A DNA stretch of 62,659 nt, filler included, from Choristocarpus tenellus KU-1152 (GCA_964200185.2; 10 parts of 10 records of this genome joined end to end with filler, not necessarily neighbours in it); one strand, 5' to 3'. Numbered from the whole stretch's first letter, positions 36,701 to 50,869 are shown. Numbers and translations: made by a program. The notes: generated from the letters alone by a model not told the origin.

Positions 36701-36985
36701 ACATCAGTCACCTCAACAGCCCCCACAACAGTCACCTCAACAACCACCACAACAGCCTCATCAGCAGCCACCACAAGGGCAGCAGCAACCTGGGACACAG
36801 GTGCCAGGGCAGGCACAGTATCCCTACACACAACAGCCACAACAAGTGCCTATGCAGTCTCGTCAGCCACCCCAGTACAGTCAGCCACCGCAACAACAAA
36901 CAGCCATTCAACCTCGACAGCAGCAGTCACAGTATGGCCAACAGGCTCAGCAGTTGCAGCAGCCTGGGATATACAGGCAGCCGCA

Positions 36986-37016
<31 letters not shown>

Positions 37017-37349
37017 CAACCCCGGCAACAGCAACCACCAGCACAAGCACACCCACACCCACAACCTGGGACAATGTCTTCACCTTTGCAAATGCAGTAT
37101 AGCCAGTACACTGCACACCAGCAGCAGCCACTGCAGGTGCCTGCACCCGCTCCAACACCTGCTCCAGTACTGGCGTTGGCACCTGCTCCTGCTCCTGCTC
37201 CAATCCCTGCACCTCCAGTTGTGGCTGCACCCCCTGCAGCACCGGGTCTGCCGCCAGGATGGCAAGCAGTAAAAGACAAAAGCAGTGGAGATACATACTA
37301 TTGGAACAAGACCACAGGTCAAACCACTTGGGATACTCCAACAAAGTAG
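33771..37349 (+). CDS. Gln/Pro/Gly-rich low-complexity protein with a C-terminal WW domain; 5' part missing
   Basis: Exons <=33771-33861, 34445-34999, 35850-36029, 36318-37349, all with phase-0 GT-AG introns. Ends [31 protein letters not shown] (WW); the first visible exon has [13 protein letters not shown]. Confidence 0.88.
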
Positions 37350-40300
37350 GGCTAGGGGAAGGAGGGAAGATTAAGGATCTTAGCTGAGTGATATTGTACC
37401 AGTGAGTTGCTGGGAGGCAAGAATTGCAAACAATTGAAAAGTATGAAGGACCTTGAGTTAATATCATCTCTCCTTTCCAGAATTAAGATAATTTGACATC
37501 TTCGATATTTCCTGTTTGGGACCAGAGCATTAGACCTCAAGCCAGGAAAGGTGATGGATGTGTGTGGTGGAAAGAGGGCTAGGGGGAAAGTGATGATCTC
37601 AACTGCATTTTTGTCTGAGGACACTGGACGTACTGTGCTTAGAGGATTCACAAGGTGTTCATACTGTCAACTGAGTGGTGGAACATCTCCGACACTGTGG
37701 TCATAATCTGACTCAACCTCCTTTTAATTGTTAAGTCTTATTCCACCTGTTTTGCTACTCTGACTTGGAGATAAGGGAGGGCATGACCTGATAGTATCAA
37801 TGAAAAGGACTAATCTACAGGAATACTTGTAGGAGGAACTTAAGCTATCAGTTGAGAGTATTAAGTTACACAAGCTCTCCGTTGTGTGTTTTGTAATGGG
37901 AGATCACTCAGGAATGGTGAATTGGCAGGAGTAATCAGGACCTACCCTATGTTGAACTCAAACTATATTTTTAGACATTAAGGGGTGACACATAGGAGGT
38001 GTAGTCACTGTAAGGTTATATATTCTAGGCAGCAAGTTTGAATTGGTAATGGAGGAACCAAGAGCTGCACATTTTGAGTCAGAGAAAGTGAGTGGTTTAG
38101 TATTGTTGGAACCATTGTGTGGTGTTGCTGTCTGTAGTTATCATTGGAATAATGTCGTGAGCCACCCAGGACATGTTTTCGTCACCCATGCAATGATCAG
38201 CATAAGAGGGGAAAATCTTCTGATTTGGCACTCAATGCAGGAGAGGGTATGAAAGAAGGGGTTGACTTGGTTCTGACCCTGGTGTAACTCTTCAATGAGC
38301 AGTTTCATTTTTAGCACCCGGAGTATACAAAGATAACACAGATATTATAAACATCGTAAACTAGGCACAAAGTCATATACCAGCATGAAATGGCCCTTAT
38401 ATGCGCACAGGTTAATTATGATAATGAAGTGTATAGTAGAGCAAGTGCATTGATTGTTACGAGGACTTCATCCTATTAATTGCACTAATATTTTGCTTTG
38501 TTCAAAGTATTACTGAGTGGACTACTGTGCCTAAGGTGGACATGAGTGTTTGTCCTCAATTTATCCTAAGTAAGAGTCCGTCAAGATACAAATCCATAGA
38601 ATGTTGCTACTTCAGTGTTTAGAATGTCTGGTCAACACTCGTCATGATCCGTACTTTTGATATGGTTGGAGAAATCGGCATGAAATATCGAAATTTGTGT
38701 TTCAAAAGATCCAAATCTCTCGTTTAGTAATTCTTCGAATCGTGAAGTATTTCCACATGTAGTTCAGGTGTTGATAACAATTTGACGTCAGCAGGAATTA
38801 AAATATCCGAACATTTGGACCGATCGGTGGTTGTCATGTGGTGGGTGATGGTTCTATTTAATCTCTTACTGCCATTTTACACAGAAACCTGGAATAAACT
38901 CAAGTGGAAGATAGTACAAGGTCATCTCAAAAACAGTAGTATTTACTGCATGATAAGTTCCATACCAGTGCTTGTCTATCAAATAATGAGTACGGAGTTA
39001 TAAACTTTAGTGCAGACTCTTTTGAGGGAAGAGAACTATAGTACAGTGTGAGGGGTTATGTGCGTAACTATCACGCAGCACACGTACTACTTGTAGTATC
39101 AGAGAGAGAAATTACAAAGGGCACCTACCTGGGCTTCCAATTCAGCTGCCACGGAGGGCTGATCGCTATTTTTCTGGTGATCAGGCTGATTCCTCCGATT
39201 TCAATGTACACAGGTAGCTGGTGCTTTCACAGTGTAATTGTGCATTGTACACTTAGGTGAAAGGCGATAATTTGCATTCTATTTCCAGAATTATTACCTT
39301 TGATATTAAAGACTTCCATGTGCAGTATCTTGGAAGTACTTTCTGTACAACTGTGTATCCCATTGCTCAGACCTGGCCTTCATCTGACATTTCGAGTGAT
39401 GCACAATGATGGACACAGAAGGAGTAATTATCCTATCCGTCTGCCGTTTGTTTGTATATCATGTAGCCCTCGCCAGTACCCTGCATGATCACACGAAAAA
39501 GACTACTAGAGACGGCTACCTTACCCCTCCATTGCCGACTTCATATATATCATGCTCCCTCCACCAAATTCATCCTCTGAGTACACCCTATACCCTAACC
39601 TCTTGTCCACATCGTCAGTCATCTATATACCCTAAACCATTCACATGCATCCATTATTGGTTTTCTGTGTGTGTGTAGGTAATGCCAAACTACCACATCC
39701 TCATCATTTTAATTCAAATCTTTGTTTCCAACATGCATCATTGTGGTATTATTGGGTTGGGTAGATCTTGATGAGGAGCATGTTGGGACGTCTGAAGACG
39801 GTTAGATACAACACATGGTTCTTCACATGTAGTGATTGCGGCAGATTTCATTTTGGAACACCATTTGGTAGAGAGTTTGAGGTCAGAGTGGGACAATGCA
39901 GCCACCTCACTCACGAAAAGTTTGCCGAACCTCTATGTATATATTTCTCTCCAGTACGTTTCCTGTGTTCAAAAATAAAGAATAAATCTTGATGAGCCGT
40001 AATCCTGGATGAAGTATCGTGGTGGTGAAAATTTTAACATAATATCAATCAAAGGAAGAAAAATGGAAATACATATATTCGCCACGAATTACCCACCTTT
40101 GCGGAGAAAAGGGTCTACCGACGTATCTCATTGGTTTATTTTAATTGAGAATGACGTATTTGTTGGAAATGAAAGCTCCTGCAAAACAAGAAACAAATTT
40201 GCAGTGACAAAAGTAATCGATCGACCCAGGTAACTGTTTTCAGTGTACCATCTGGAAGAAGCGACAACTACCCTGTATACGTACTAATAACTTTACAACT

Positions 40301-40410
40301 TGAGTCTAGAACCACTTTGTGGGGATTTTTTTTTTGAACGGTGTTATTATTTTTGGCAAGTGACCAAATATAGCAAGGTAAGAAACGTGTGGTCAAAGAA
40401 AGCATTCGAC

Positions 40411-40463
40411 AGTAGTAGTAGTAGTAGTAGTAGATGTAGTAGTAGTGGTGGTGGTAGTGGTAG
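40411..40463. repeat. (AGT)n/(GGT)n microsatellite
   Basis: agtagtagtagtagtagtagtag...ggtggtggtagtggtag. Confidence 0.85.
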
Positions 40464-41583
40464 AAGAGATTATCGACAAATTGGTCCCTCCAGGGCTCGC
40501 CCAGTCACTTGTGATGATGTACACGTTTATGACGGAGGGGTGAGAGGTGTTTAAATTGAGTGTGGCGCGATCACTGTGGCCTCGACTGGGGCATGAAGGA
40601 GAGGATAACAACAGTGAGCGGTGCCAGAGTTGATAGATAGCAAATGTTAAAGTTTCTTCTAGCTCTTCAGATTCGTAGGTGATTCCTACAAGACCCTATT
40701 GTAGAACATGACAACAGAATGGCTTTTTATGAACAATGACAAGAACAAAAACCTTCATACTGAAGTACCCTTCGTACTGAAGTAGATCAATTAATTACAG
40801 AATATTATTAGACTGCGAGTTGGTATCAATAACCTTAAGACACGAGGTACAAGATGGGAAAGAAAGGTGCACGCACACTGGAGCTGAGAACAGTGATGAG
40901 TTAATCTCGGTTAGGGTCGACCTAGACACTAGGATTTCAAGTTTGTAAAAAAAGGTCAATTAAGGAATCCAAATGTGCGAGCACACGTGCAAGCAGGCAT
41001 GCGTATGAGGACGAGAGTTCGTACTCGTAACGTACGTACAGATAGAAGGATGGGCGAGTGGATGGGTTACATTTAGTTTTACATTTATGCACGTAAGTGG
41101 AGCTCGGACCTATCTCTAGGAAGGGGCTACTTCATGGAATAAAATACTACAATGAAGAAATTACTCTACTACTAATCAAAAAATATTATTAACATAAAAA
41201 ATCTAGCAGATATCAGTTCCACTACCATCAACACCACAGGTCCAAGGAGGGGGGTGTATTTATTTTTCGTTCAAGATCAGGCATCAAAGAATCAAGTTCA
41301 GTCCAGTGCACCTAACAGTAACACATTATTCATGCATACATCATATACTACTTTGGAGTAAAATATGCTTTCACCGGTACCAATGAGGTCATGGTAGGCC
41401 ATAGCTATCGCCGACCAGTAGTTTACTTCTTCTACAGAACAACCATGGCAAGGTATGATGTATGTACAGATATGCCCCTCCTTGAGGTACCAACTTGGTT
41501 GTGGTGTATGCACTTTTAGTGGAGGGGCGAGAGGTGTGCAAATCGAGCGTGTGTGACACATTGGGTATGTATGTGTGGTTCAG

Positions 41584-41624
41584 GCGCGCGCGCGCGCGCG
41601 TGTGTGTGTGTGTGAGAGAGAGAG
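41584..41624. repeat. Compound (GC)n(GT)n(GA)n microsatellite
   Basis: gcgcgcgcgcgcgcgcgtgtgtgtgtgtgtgagagagagag. Confidence 0.9.
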
Positions 41625-43937
41625 CAGTGTCAGAGTAGTTGTGGAGTATCATATGTATTGTCAAGCATCTCTCTCCCAACGACACCAAGCCCTTCTTGTT
41701 GTCTGCTTTCTGATAATCTCTCAGACTCTCTGAATTACGTGGCCTTTGCAAGTTGGGTATCCCCTACACGTACAAGTGCCACAAGCACAAAATAAGTGCA
41801 CTTGTTATCATACAGATCGAGTACTGTGCAACAGCCACAAAATATTAGTGTTAGAGCACGCACACAAGACCCAAGATAGCGAACAGAGATGCACAGGACC
41901 AACTGGTACAAGACCAACTGGTACAAGTGAAGAAAGAAAGAGTCAGCACCACACAAAGTAAACAACAGATGGAGTGGGAGGAACATGGTTGATGTGGGTA
42001 CATGTGCAAGATCAAGAGCCAGTACCTATACTTTGAACAGTCAACAGAGCACGAGATAGTAAGGAGACCTTCGATATGGAGATCCACTATATAGTGTAAC
42101 AGTAAAGAGCTAGGTCTGATTAGAATCGGGCCACTCTTTGGTGGGGTGTCAGGTATATAAAATGTAATACTCTGAGCAAAAAACAACCTTGCCCTAACCC
42201 TACCTCAGAAAGGTGCACTTACCACAAAAATAAAAATATGTGTACAGTTTTTTTTTTAATGATTGACATGAGAACAAAAACAAACAGATGGGCCAAGACG
42301 AGACTTGGTACTACTGGTAATACATGAGGGACATAAACCGATGCACATGCAGACATACAGAGAGACTGATGGACAGGTCGTAATCTCTCGATCTCACACA
42401 GTAGACATGAAAGTGGCGCTATGTCCTGGTAAGGGCCGCTTCACATAATTTGAATGCACGAGACAAGAGATGCAAGATAAGGAAGCAAATTTGACACAAT
42501 TCATATTGTATACCTCACTCAGTAAAATAAAAAGTACTTTTTGAGAGGTGCATAAACTACTTTACAAACAACAAATAGTCGATGAAGACCTGGTGGTCAC
42601 CAGAAACAAGGCCAATTTTTTAGGATGTGGAGCCTGCCAGCTAGTTAGTGTGGGTATTTCCCACTTTCTGCTGTCTTACGAAATCAGCAGTCTGGATAGT
42701 CATACGACAACTCTATGATATTTGTGGCAAAAATCACGAGTGGTTCCACAACGGTTTCTTTCTAAGTCACACTGTACTTCAAGACAGTATTTGGTCCAAA
42801 ACAAAATTTGGTTCATGATATCTCATTTCTAACAAATCGGTCTACATTAAAGTCTCAAGGAGTACATATGCAACTGTCAGAGATGTACAGGCTTATAAGA
42901 AGGGCAATTGCATTAGGGAAGGGTGAAATATTTTACAAATGAGATTGAGTTGTTCAAACCCTGACCCAGCCTATTCTCCTACTCCCTAGATTGAGATTAA
43001 AAACATGAACCATGTGACTCACAAAGATAAGACGGCTGCTCAGGGATGACTTCCTTTTTGGTTATGTGGTAGGGATTAAAAAAACTTGCCATAGCTGTGC
43101 TGTTTGATGAAGTAACTGGGCGTTAAGACAACTTCTCAGGCATTCAATAATAGAGCAAGAGAGACTCAAATAACCCCTACACAGGTGTAGTGTTGGGAAT
43201 GGACAGGAGAAGATTCAAAACCGTTTTTAATTTGTGGTTCAACTTTCAGCACCCCTGTTGACTACTCAATTAACTAATCATTTAAGGGGGTATTTGATAA
43301 ACGTAACTAAACGTACCTTGTTCAGCAAACGTATGAGAATCAAAATCAAAAGACAGCTTCTACAACCTCCCTGCACTTGAAACAGCAAGTTGCAGTTGCA
43401 TGACTTCTCAAAGGGCATGTGCGTGTGTATTTTTTTTGGTGATTTATTTATCATGGAGTAAAAAATCACAGCATGATATTTGTTTTTACATTGACAACAT
43501 GTAGATGCTCTTTCATTTTTTGAATTAGAAGAATGTACTCTCCTCTCTACCATGATGAGTCAGGTTTCAGCACCCATCAGAATCACCTCCACCCTTCATT
43601 TCTACAACATCTTAAAGTCCCTTTTCATCCCATCCCACTCTAACAACAAATTTAAGGGTTGACATGTGAAAAAAACGTCTCCCTGTAATCATAAACAGGT
43701 GATACGCCAAATGCTGCACCACTTTCCATCTCCTTTTTGATCTCTTCATCAGAGGTGGGCGGTGACTGGAAATCATTGGCAAAGGGGACCATGAAGACCT
43801 ATCGCACAGGAATACTCAAACACTCAACTCTACAAAGGAACTCTACCCATTTGGGGTTAATCATCAATGGGCAGCTATTCCTCTCTTTTCAGCAGTCCCT
43901 ACATTTCCCCTCCCCTAGTCTACCTCTGCCAGAAATA

Positions 43938-46589
43938 TTACCAGTAGTCAGCAACTGGCTTCCTGAAAGGCAGGACATCAGGCTCTGGTTCACCATCGTA
44001 TGACTCATATGGTGCCGACTCTACCTCATACTCTACCATGAGCATTGCAAGCTCCTCTGCTGTTACTGTGTCCTGATCCAGTAGTTTCTGTGCCAGTACC
44101 TCCATCAGTTGCCTGTTATCAGTTAGGATCTTCTTGGCACGAAGATATGCTTGAGTCACCAACCTTTCCACCTCAACATTAATACGAACATTCATTGTTG
44201 GGCCCCACTGCTCCCCATCCTGGCCAGGCATGCCACTGTTCACTACAAAAGGACCAATCTTCTCACTCATGCCCCACTGTGCCACCATACGATAAGCAAT
44301 ATTAGTCACTTGCTGGAAGTCATTCGATGCCCCAGTGGTCACCTGTATAAAGGAAAAAGGATGTTGAGGACAACAAAATATGAAGGAAAAAATTAGTAAA
44401 TTTGAACTGCCATTCAGAAAAGCAAAGTGTGACAGTCTAGGTGAGAGACTATTACTTGACAATTAAGAAAAATGTATCAGGACAGAGACATGAAGAGATG
44501 ATACAAAGACTAGACGGATTCTTGCTTCTTCGGCTCAAGACCGCTTAGAACGTTCTTGGAGGTGAAAGAAAAGTCAAGCAGGAGAGTGGTCTCACTTGGT
44601 GGATACACTTGGTGCATAGATGTGCACTTTCACAGATCTTGAACTTGTAAAACTCAAATCCACCAGAAATGGTAGGGCTACAACATTTCACACCATCGCA
44701 CTAGAGTAAATTGTCCAAAAAATAATAGAAACTGAGTGGTTGAGACATCAGGACCTCACAACATAAACAATACACACCTGGTCTTCCCCATAGATGATCT
44801 CTTCCGCAAGGCGTCCACCAAGGGCAACAGCCAGCTGTGACTCCATGTAGACCTTTGAGTACAACCCACTTTCAAGACGTTCCTCTGCTGGGGAGAAGAA
44901 GGTCAGACCTCCTGCTCCGTTGGTTCGAGGAACAATGGTCACCTTCTGCACAGTATCATAATCAGGCATCACAGCCCCCACAATTGCGTGCCCAGCCTCA
45001 TGGAAAGCCACCATCTCGCGCATCTCAGGACTTTGACGGGCACCCTTCTTCTCCAGGCCAACCAACAGACGGTCAACAGCACCATCAACATCCTCCCACT
45101 CAATGCTAGGAACAGCTCGCTTCTTTCGGGCTGCAAAGATAGCAGCCTCGTTGAGCAGATTTTTCAGCTGAGCACCAGAGAAGCCAGGCGTACGACGGGC
45201 AATGGCCTCGATGTCAACATCAGGAGCAAGGGGCTTTCCGCGAGCATGTACCTTCAGGATTGCGATACGTCCTGTGAAGTTAGGCAGGTCCACAAACACC
45301 TTGCGATCAAACCGGCCTGGGCGAAGGAGGGCATCATCAAGGATATCAATACGGTTGGTGGCTGCAATGACGATGACACCTGGGTTACCGTCAAACCCAT
45401 CCATCTCTACAAGCATCTGGTTGAGGGTCTGTTCCCTCTCGTCATTCCCCCCAGCCATACCGCTACCACGCTGTCGGCCCACGGCATCAATTTCATCAAT
45501 AAAGATGATACACGGGGAGTTCTCCTTTGCCTTGTCGAACAAGTCACGGACACGCGCAGCACCGACACCTACGAACATCTCCACGAACTCCGATCCGGAA
45601 GTGGCAATGAAAGGTACACCCGCCTCGCCGGCCACAGCACGGGCAAGAAGAGTCTTACCCGTTCCAGGGGGACCCTCGAGGATTACACCTCTCGGGATCT
45701 TAGCGCCTACCTTGGTGTACTTCGCTGGGTTCTTGAGGAAGTCTACCACCTCCTCGAGCTCAAATTTAGCTGAATCGCAACCTGCCACTTGGTCGAACGT
45801 GACCCCTGTGTCCGGGTTCACCTCCAACTTACCTTTAGACCTGGCAAACTCGGCAGGGTTTCCCCCCCCTGGCATACCACCCCCCATTCCTCCCCCTGGT
45901 GGACCCGCCCCCCCTCCCCGTCGAGAGAGGAACAGAAGACTGCCGAACAGCAGAGCGGGAAACAGGAAGGAGCCAATTGACCCAAATCCACCGCCGCCAC
46001 CTCCGCCATTAGCTTCTTTGTTGTTTGGCATGACAGTAACATCCACCTTATGCTTCGTGAGGATGGTGAGAAGCTCAGGATCGTTGGGGATTGAGTCCAT
46101 CTTTACACGTTCACCATCAGTGTCCACAGCCACCAGCCTTTTCCCATCGTAAGAAAAAGACACCTTCTCAATCTCGTCCTTCTCCACCTGTTCGATGAAG
46201 TCAGAGTACCGCACTTCCTGCACCGCCGTCACAGTTTGCTGACTCTGCATTGCCACCGGTCCAGCTTGTTCAGCAGGCAAAGGCGCATCTACTGCCATCG
46301 CAGGTCCACCAGATAGGGCCATGGTAGCCGCACTAAACATAGCCGCAAGGGTCAAGGCAGGGGAAGTCAAACCCTCGCTCTTCATGGACAGACCCCTCAA
46401 GGCTGACGAAGGCGCGACCATTACCCGAGATCCAACAACGGGTGAGGTGGTCCTGAAGCTTCCCCCAGTTCCGAAGCCCTTAGAAGCCCTTATGTTGCTC
46501 GTCACAGTGAAGGCTTCGCTGGAGACAGCAAGCCAGGCCAAGGCACCCGCCTTCAGCTTGAGGCGTCTCATACGCTCCGCAGAATCCAT
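43938..46589 (-). CDS. ftsH: Plastid-targeted ATP-dependent zinc metalloprotease FtsH (probably FtsH1/5 type A), 738 aa
   Basis: Exons 46589-44778 and 44342-43938 (435-nt GT-AG intron at GEDQ|VTTGA). Walker A GPPGTGKT, pore FVG, Walker [21 protein letters not shown], zinc site HEAGH. A signal peptide ending SEA|F is followed by a transit peptide. The start may be the second Met (46571). Confidence 0.97.
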
Positions 46590-48882
46590 TGTTACGAGAC
46601 CGCTATTAGGTGATCTTTACACCTTCACCCAAACGTGGATGAGCTTGGTATTTGATTTATTCGACGACTGAAATGGGGAGAGGGCTTTGAAGTGCCCCTT
46701 GTGACAACACAGTTTTGTCAGTAGACTACTTACATTTATACATGAGACAGCGTCATACTGCGTCAGGTTTTTTTTTCATATTCATGATCAACCTTGCACG
46801 TTCTGCGCGCTCGTGTAATAAATACTCCATCTACTTATGTTCAATATTATTATTAGTAATAAAATTAATGTTCTATAGCCTAAGTTTCTTCCTATTATAT
46901 AGATACATATATCGTCAGTTTTTTGAGACACACAATAGTAGATACTGCTTCACAGCAAACAGGTCAGAGGACTGACTATCGAAGTAGGTGTTGTATATAG
47001 ACCTCTAGAACTTGAGTGCACTCCTATTTTGTAACACTTAAGGGAATCCTGTGGAGTAGACTTTGTGTCCTAACGATGGGGATGTTGAGAGTCAAGAAGG
47101 CTTGGCCAGGATGACGATAGTGATTATTGTGAAAGTGATCAGATGATTTGACCTTACGCTGTCGGAGTTGAAGGACACTACGTCCCTTCAGCCTCCTATT
47201 AATATCACAGAACGCAGAACATGCAGATTAGTTATAGATGCTGGACCAGAACTCATCATGGAGACTCACAAGTTTACTTACCTCGAAGGGGCCATCATTG
47301 ATGTGAAGCTACTAGTACTGCCGACATCGTCAGCAGAAGGATAGAAAAAATCACTTTAGCTTATGCTCCAAATGCTCCAAGAAGATGTAGTAGGTTATAT
47401 ACGTAATACTATAGCAGGAGGTAAGGGCAGCCCAAGCCACCATCAACACTCTTGCTGTAGTCTGCTGAATACTGATTCTCATTATACTTCTCTTTTTTGA
47501 TGATTTTTTCTTGCATCCTTTTCTGATGCAACAAATAAATAATTTTTTTGGGGTAGTGCATCACACCAACCCAGTTTCTGTTCATTGTCCCTGAAGACAC
47601 ACTCTGACTGGGTCATTGTACTCTTCTCTTTTCCTTTTACTCCTCTATTTTTATTTCTTAGTTCTCGTTGCTTTGCCTTTTTTCTTCCATGTGTAGTGTG
47701 TATCTCTCCAGTACTGTGTATTATTGCCTTCTATTGAGTACTTTTCCACAATAAGACTGGGGTCTGGGACTCCCTCAGACTATCAATAATGTGAAGGCTC
47801 ATAATAATAATAGATATTGAAAATAAATTACATCAGACTACAACTGGTCGACACCTCACTTTTAAAGAGCAGACTGATTCAAACCCTCAGGCCCCCAAAA
47901 ATGAGAGAAAAATAATATAGACTTCAGATCAAAGCCATCAGAAATTGTGGATACTGTATATACTCATCAGCAAATAGTTCTACTAACATTAGTAAATTGG
48001 TAATAGATCAGAAATATTACATAGATATTACGGCTAACAAGAGATAGCTGAGGTCCTGTCGGATTAGGGACAAACCTTCGACCATACCCACATCAACAAG
48101 ACATCGGGATTGTGAGGCAACCAAGGCATGCTTCTTCAACCCTGTGATACAGGCAAACGCGTCGATCTTCAATAGACACACACACTGTAGTAGAACATAG
48201 TGCTTGTTTCACAAACATACACACAACATACATCAATCGATGTCGTTCAGCATCACTGCTGCTGCACCAGTTACCACTCCACTCAACCCCACCCAACTTA
48301 CCACTCCACCATACCATTCAACACCACTCAACACCACTCCACAATCATCCAAGATCACCCCTTGATCGCCCCCTTCATACCGTGCTTTTGAGCTAGAAGA
48401 CATCTACCTCGCCTGAACTTGACCTCCCCTCCCTCCCCAGCATCCTCAGTCGGTCGCGAGCAAATGACAGGGTGGGTGGGTGGGAAAGCTTGCTTGGGGG
48501 TCGTCTTGATCTAGCCCTCCTCCTCCTGCTACACCAGACCCAGGTTTTCTTTTCAATTCAATACTGGCCATTTTTTTCTCCCGTCTGTCTCCACCTACCA
48601 CCCATTTCTTTAACTTCTCTCCTCCCTCTCTCAACCACTCAGTATTTAACTTTTCGTTCACCTTCTTGCTAACTATTATTTCCCCTCTCTGTTCCCTCCC
48701 TTCCCCTGTGCCCCCAACCAACCAGAACTCTTCCGCTCACTACACTCAGATTACTTCATAAACTTTCCCACTATAGTAGTGTAATATTATGCCCTTTGAC
48801 ATTTTACATTTGCCAAATTGATGTTCTCATCGAGGAAACAGTACATCGTTTGTACTAATCTTTAATTTTTCCTGCTGTTGTT

Positions 48883-48921
48883 GGCTCAAAGTATCTTGGG
48901 GGGGGGGGGGGGGGGGGGAGG
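48883..48921 (+). mobile_element. MITE family B, left TIR (cut by gap)
   Basis: GGCTCAAAGTATCTT-polyG. Confidence 0.8.
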
Positions 48922-49249
48922 NNNNNNNNNNNNNNNNNNNNNNNNNNNNNNNNNNNNNNNNNNNNTTAATTAATTAANNNNNNNNNNNNNNNNNNNNNNN
49001 NNNNNNNNNNNNNNNNNNNNNTCACTCGGTACCACGGTATAACGGTATATGGCATACGGCAATAATGGTATAATAACAGACAAACATGCTTTTCACAGGA
49101 GCTTGGATCATATATGGAGACGGGATGATGGTGATGGATCATGTTATTCGTAAATAGTGCTGATGATGAACTATAGACACCACCGGTGGAGAAGATTAGG
49201 AAAGATAAACACCACCGGTGGAGTAATGGAGTAATGGAGGATAAGTAGA

Positions 49250-50670
49250 GGCAGATACGTGTTTCAGTGTATCTTAGTGCACTGGGTTCTGAATGCACTG
49301 GGTTCTGACCACGACACTGACATACGCTTCATGGCCCCTCAGATTACATTGTCTCCAGCATACGTAAAGACAATTCGTGAGAGGTATGAGCTAAAGAAGT
49401 CAGGGACTTCTGTATCAAAAACCAAGAACAGTCACACTCTGGTCGCTGGAAGTTCAACACATGGTAAGGGTCAGTCTCATCATAACGACCAAGGCCGTGG
49501 AGGGAACAGATGCTTTATGGAGTAAAGAAAAAGAATGGTTTCAAATTTCAATCCCAAAACTTCGATGAAGATTCCTTGTGACAAGTGTGGTAAGAATGGA
49601 CAAAAGGAGGTGGCTTGCCCAAGCGGCATTTGCACCAAGTGTGGTGAACATGCTCATGATGCTGCAATATGTACCTAAGTGTTCATGACCACGGTGGTAG
49701 TAGCTGAGGAAGAAAAGGAGGCTACCGAGACCAGGAATGAATCCTCCCACAATATTGTGGAAAGTGTTCTCAGCAGTGGCAACCACGGGCAATTCGCACT
49801 ACTGGCCGCTACCAAGGACTCTACAGGTACCAATGCTCAAGGCAAGTGTGGGGTTGATGAGTGTCTGGTTTCATGAGTTGGGGACGGTGTAAAAAAAGAA
49901 GAGTGGATTTGTGATAATTCGGCCCTGTGCCACATGACTGACATGCGGAAGTTCATGACCAACTACAGGCCATGTGTAGTTGATCGAAGGATACTCACTG
50001 CTTGTCAGAACTCCCTCCATGGAGGTAATAGCGATCTGACTATTGAGTTTCCTTCACATGTTCATTAAGGTGGTGGAAAGACTACTATAGATTGTTGTGC
50101 ACATTCCAAATCTTGGCTTTAAACTGTTCTCTTACCAAGCTACAACAGACATGGATGCGAAATGTACTGACACAGCGAGTATTTCTCGATCCAATCCATG
50201 AACCTTGTATTGAGTTGGGTAGGACTAGACAGGAGATGCGTACCAGAGTTGAAGGGAGAGTCAGAATACTGGCCAATCTTGGGAAGAGTCTATGTCTAAG
50301 GAGCTGTATGGTTTATTGGACACAGGTACCTTCAGTAGTTCAGATGTACCCCCAGGGCGTAAGACTGGGTGGATGTTCAACTGGAAACGTTACTGGAAAA
50401 GTTACTCTTTTGGGATATTGAATGGGGCTATGGCTAAGCTACTTGCTCAGGTTTTTGACCAGGAGTATGGCCTTGAATACTATGAGACCTCTGTCCCCAC
50501 ACCTTCTGCCTCATTGAATAGGCTGATGGCCAGTATGGCCTGAGGATGTGGCATCTAGATGTATAGCAGACCTTTGTTCAATCTTACCTTGATGAGGAGG
50601 TGTACATGCACGTCCGACAGGGATGCAAAGATCTCTCCTAACCGACCGTATGCCCTGGGAGATCGCTCTC
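49250..50670 (+). mobile_element. Internally deleted Copia element (gag, protease, start of RT)
   Basis: Gag-like IRERYE and C..C...GH knuckles; protease EWICDNSALCHMT; then LGRTRQE.R.RVEGR and MSKELYGLLDTGTF, matching 5800-6410(-). Confidence 0.8.
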
Positions 50671-50689
50671 TACTACTAACCAATGTTCA

Positions 50690-50860
50690 CATTGGTATGC
50701 TCCTAGGCTAGCCCAATGAAGGTGGGCCAGGAGCTAGGAGGGAAGAATCCTAAGAATCTACGAGACTCCTTCTTGCCCACCTGCCCTATGTCTCCAGCTT
50801 GAAACGAATGACACACCTCAAAAAAGCTACTAGTTCAGTGACAAGGACTATATCTCTCAA
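50690..50860 (-). mobile_element. 3' tail of a CRE-like non-LTR element
   Basis: Similar to 30060-30225 (GGAGCTAGG, TGTCTCCAGCTT.AAACG.ATGACAC). Confidence 0.6.
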
Positions 50861-50869
50861 ATGAGTCTT

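Noticed and set aside
36850-37467. Antisense ORFs with poly-Ala or poly-Cys (metallothionein-like)
   Set aside because: Shadow frames of the CAG-rich WW-gene exon
37400-43900. Hidden gene between the convergent WW and ftsH genes
   Set aside because: No motif-bearing ORFs or consistent exons seen; treated as UTR/intergenic
44988-46152. Long plus-strand ORFs of 261 and 316 aa
   Set aside because: Antisense shadows of ftsH
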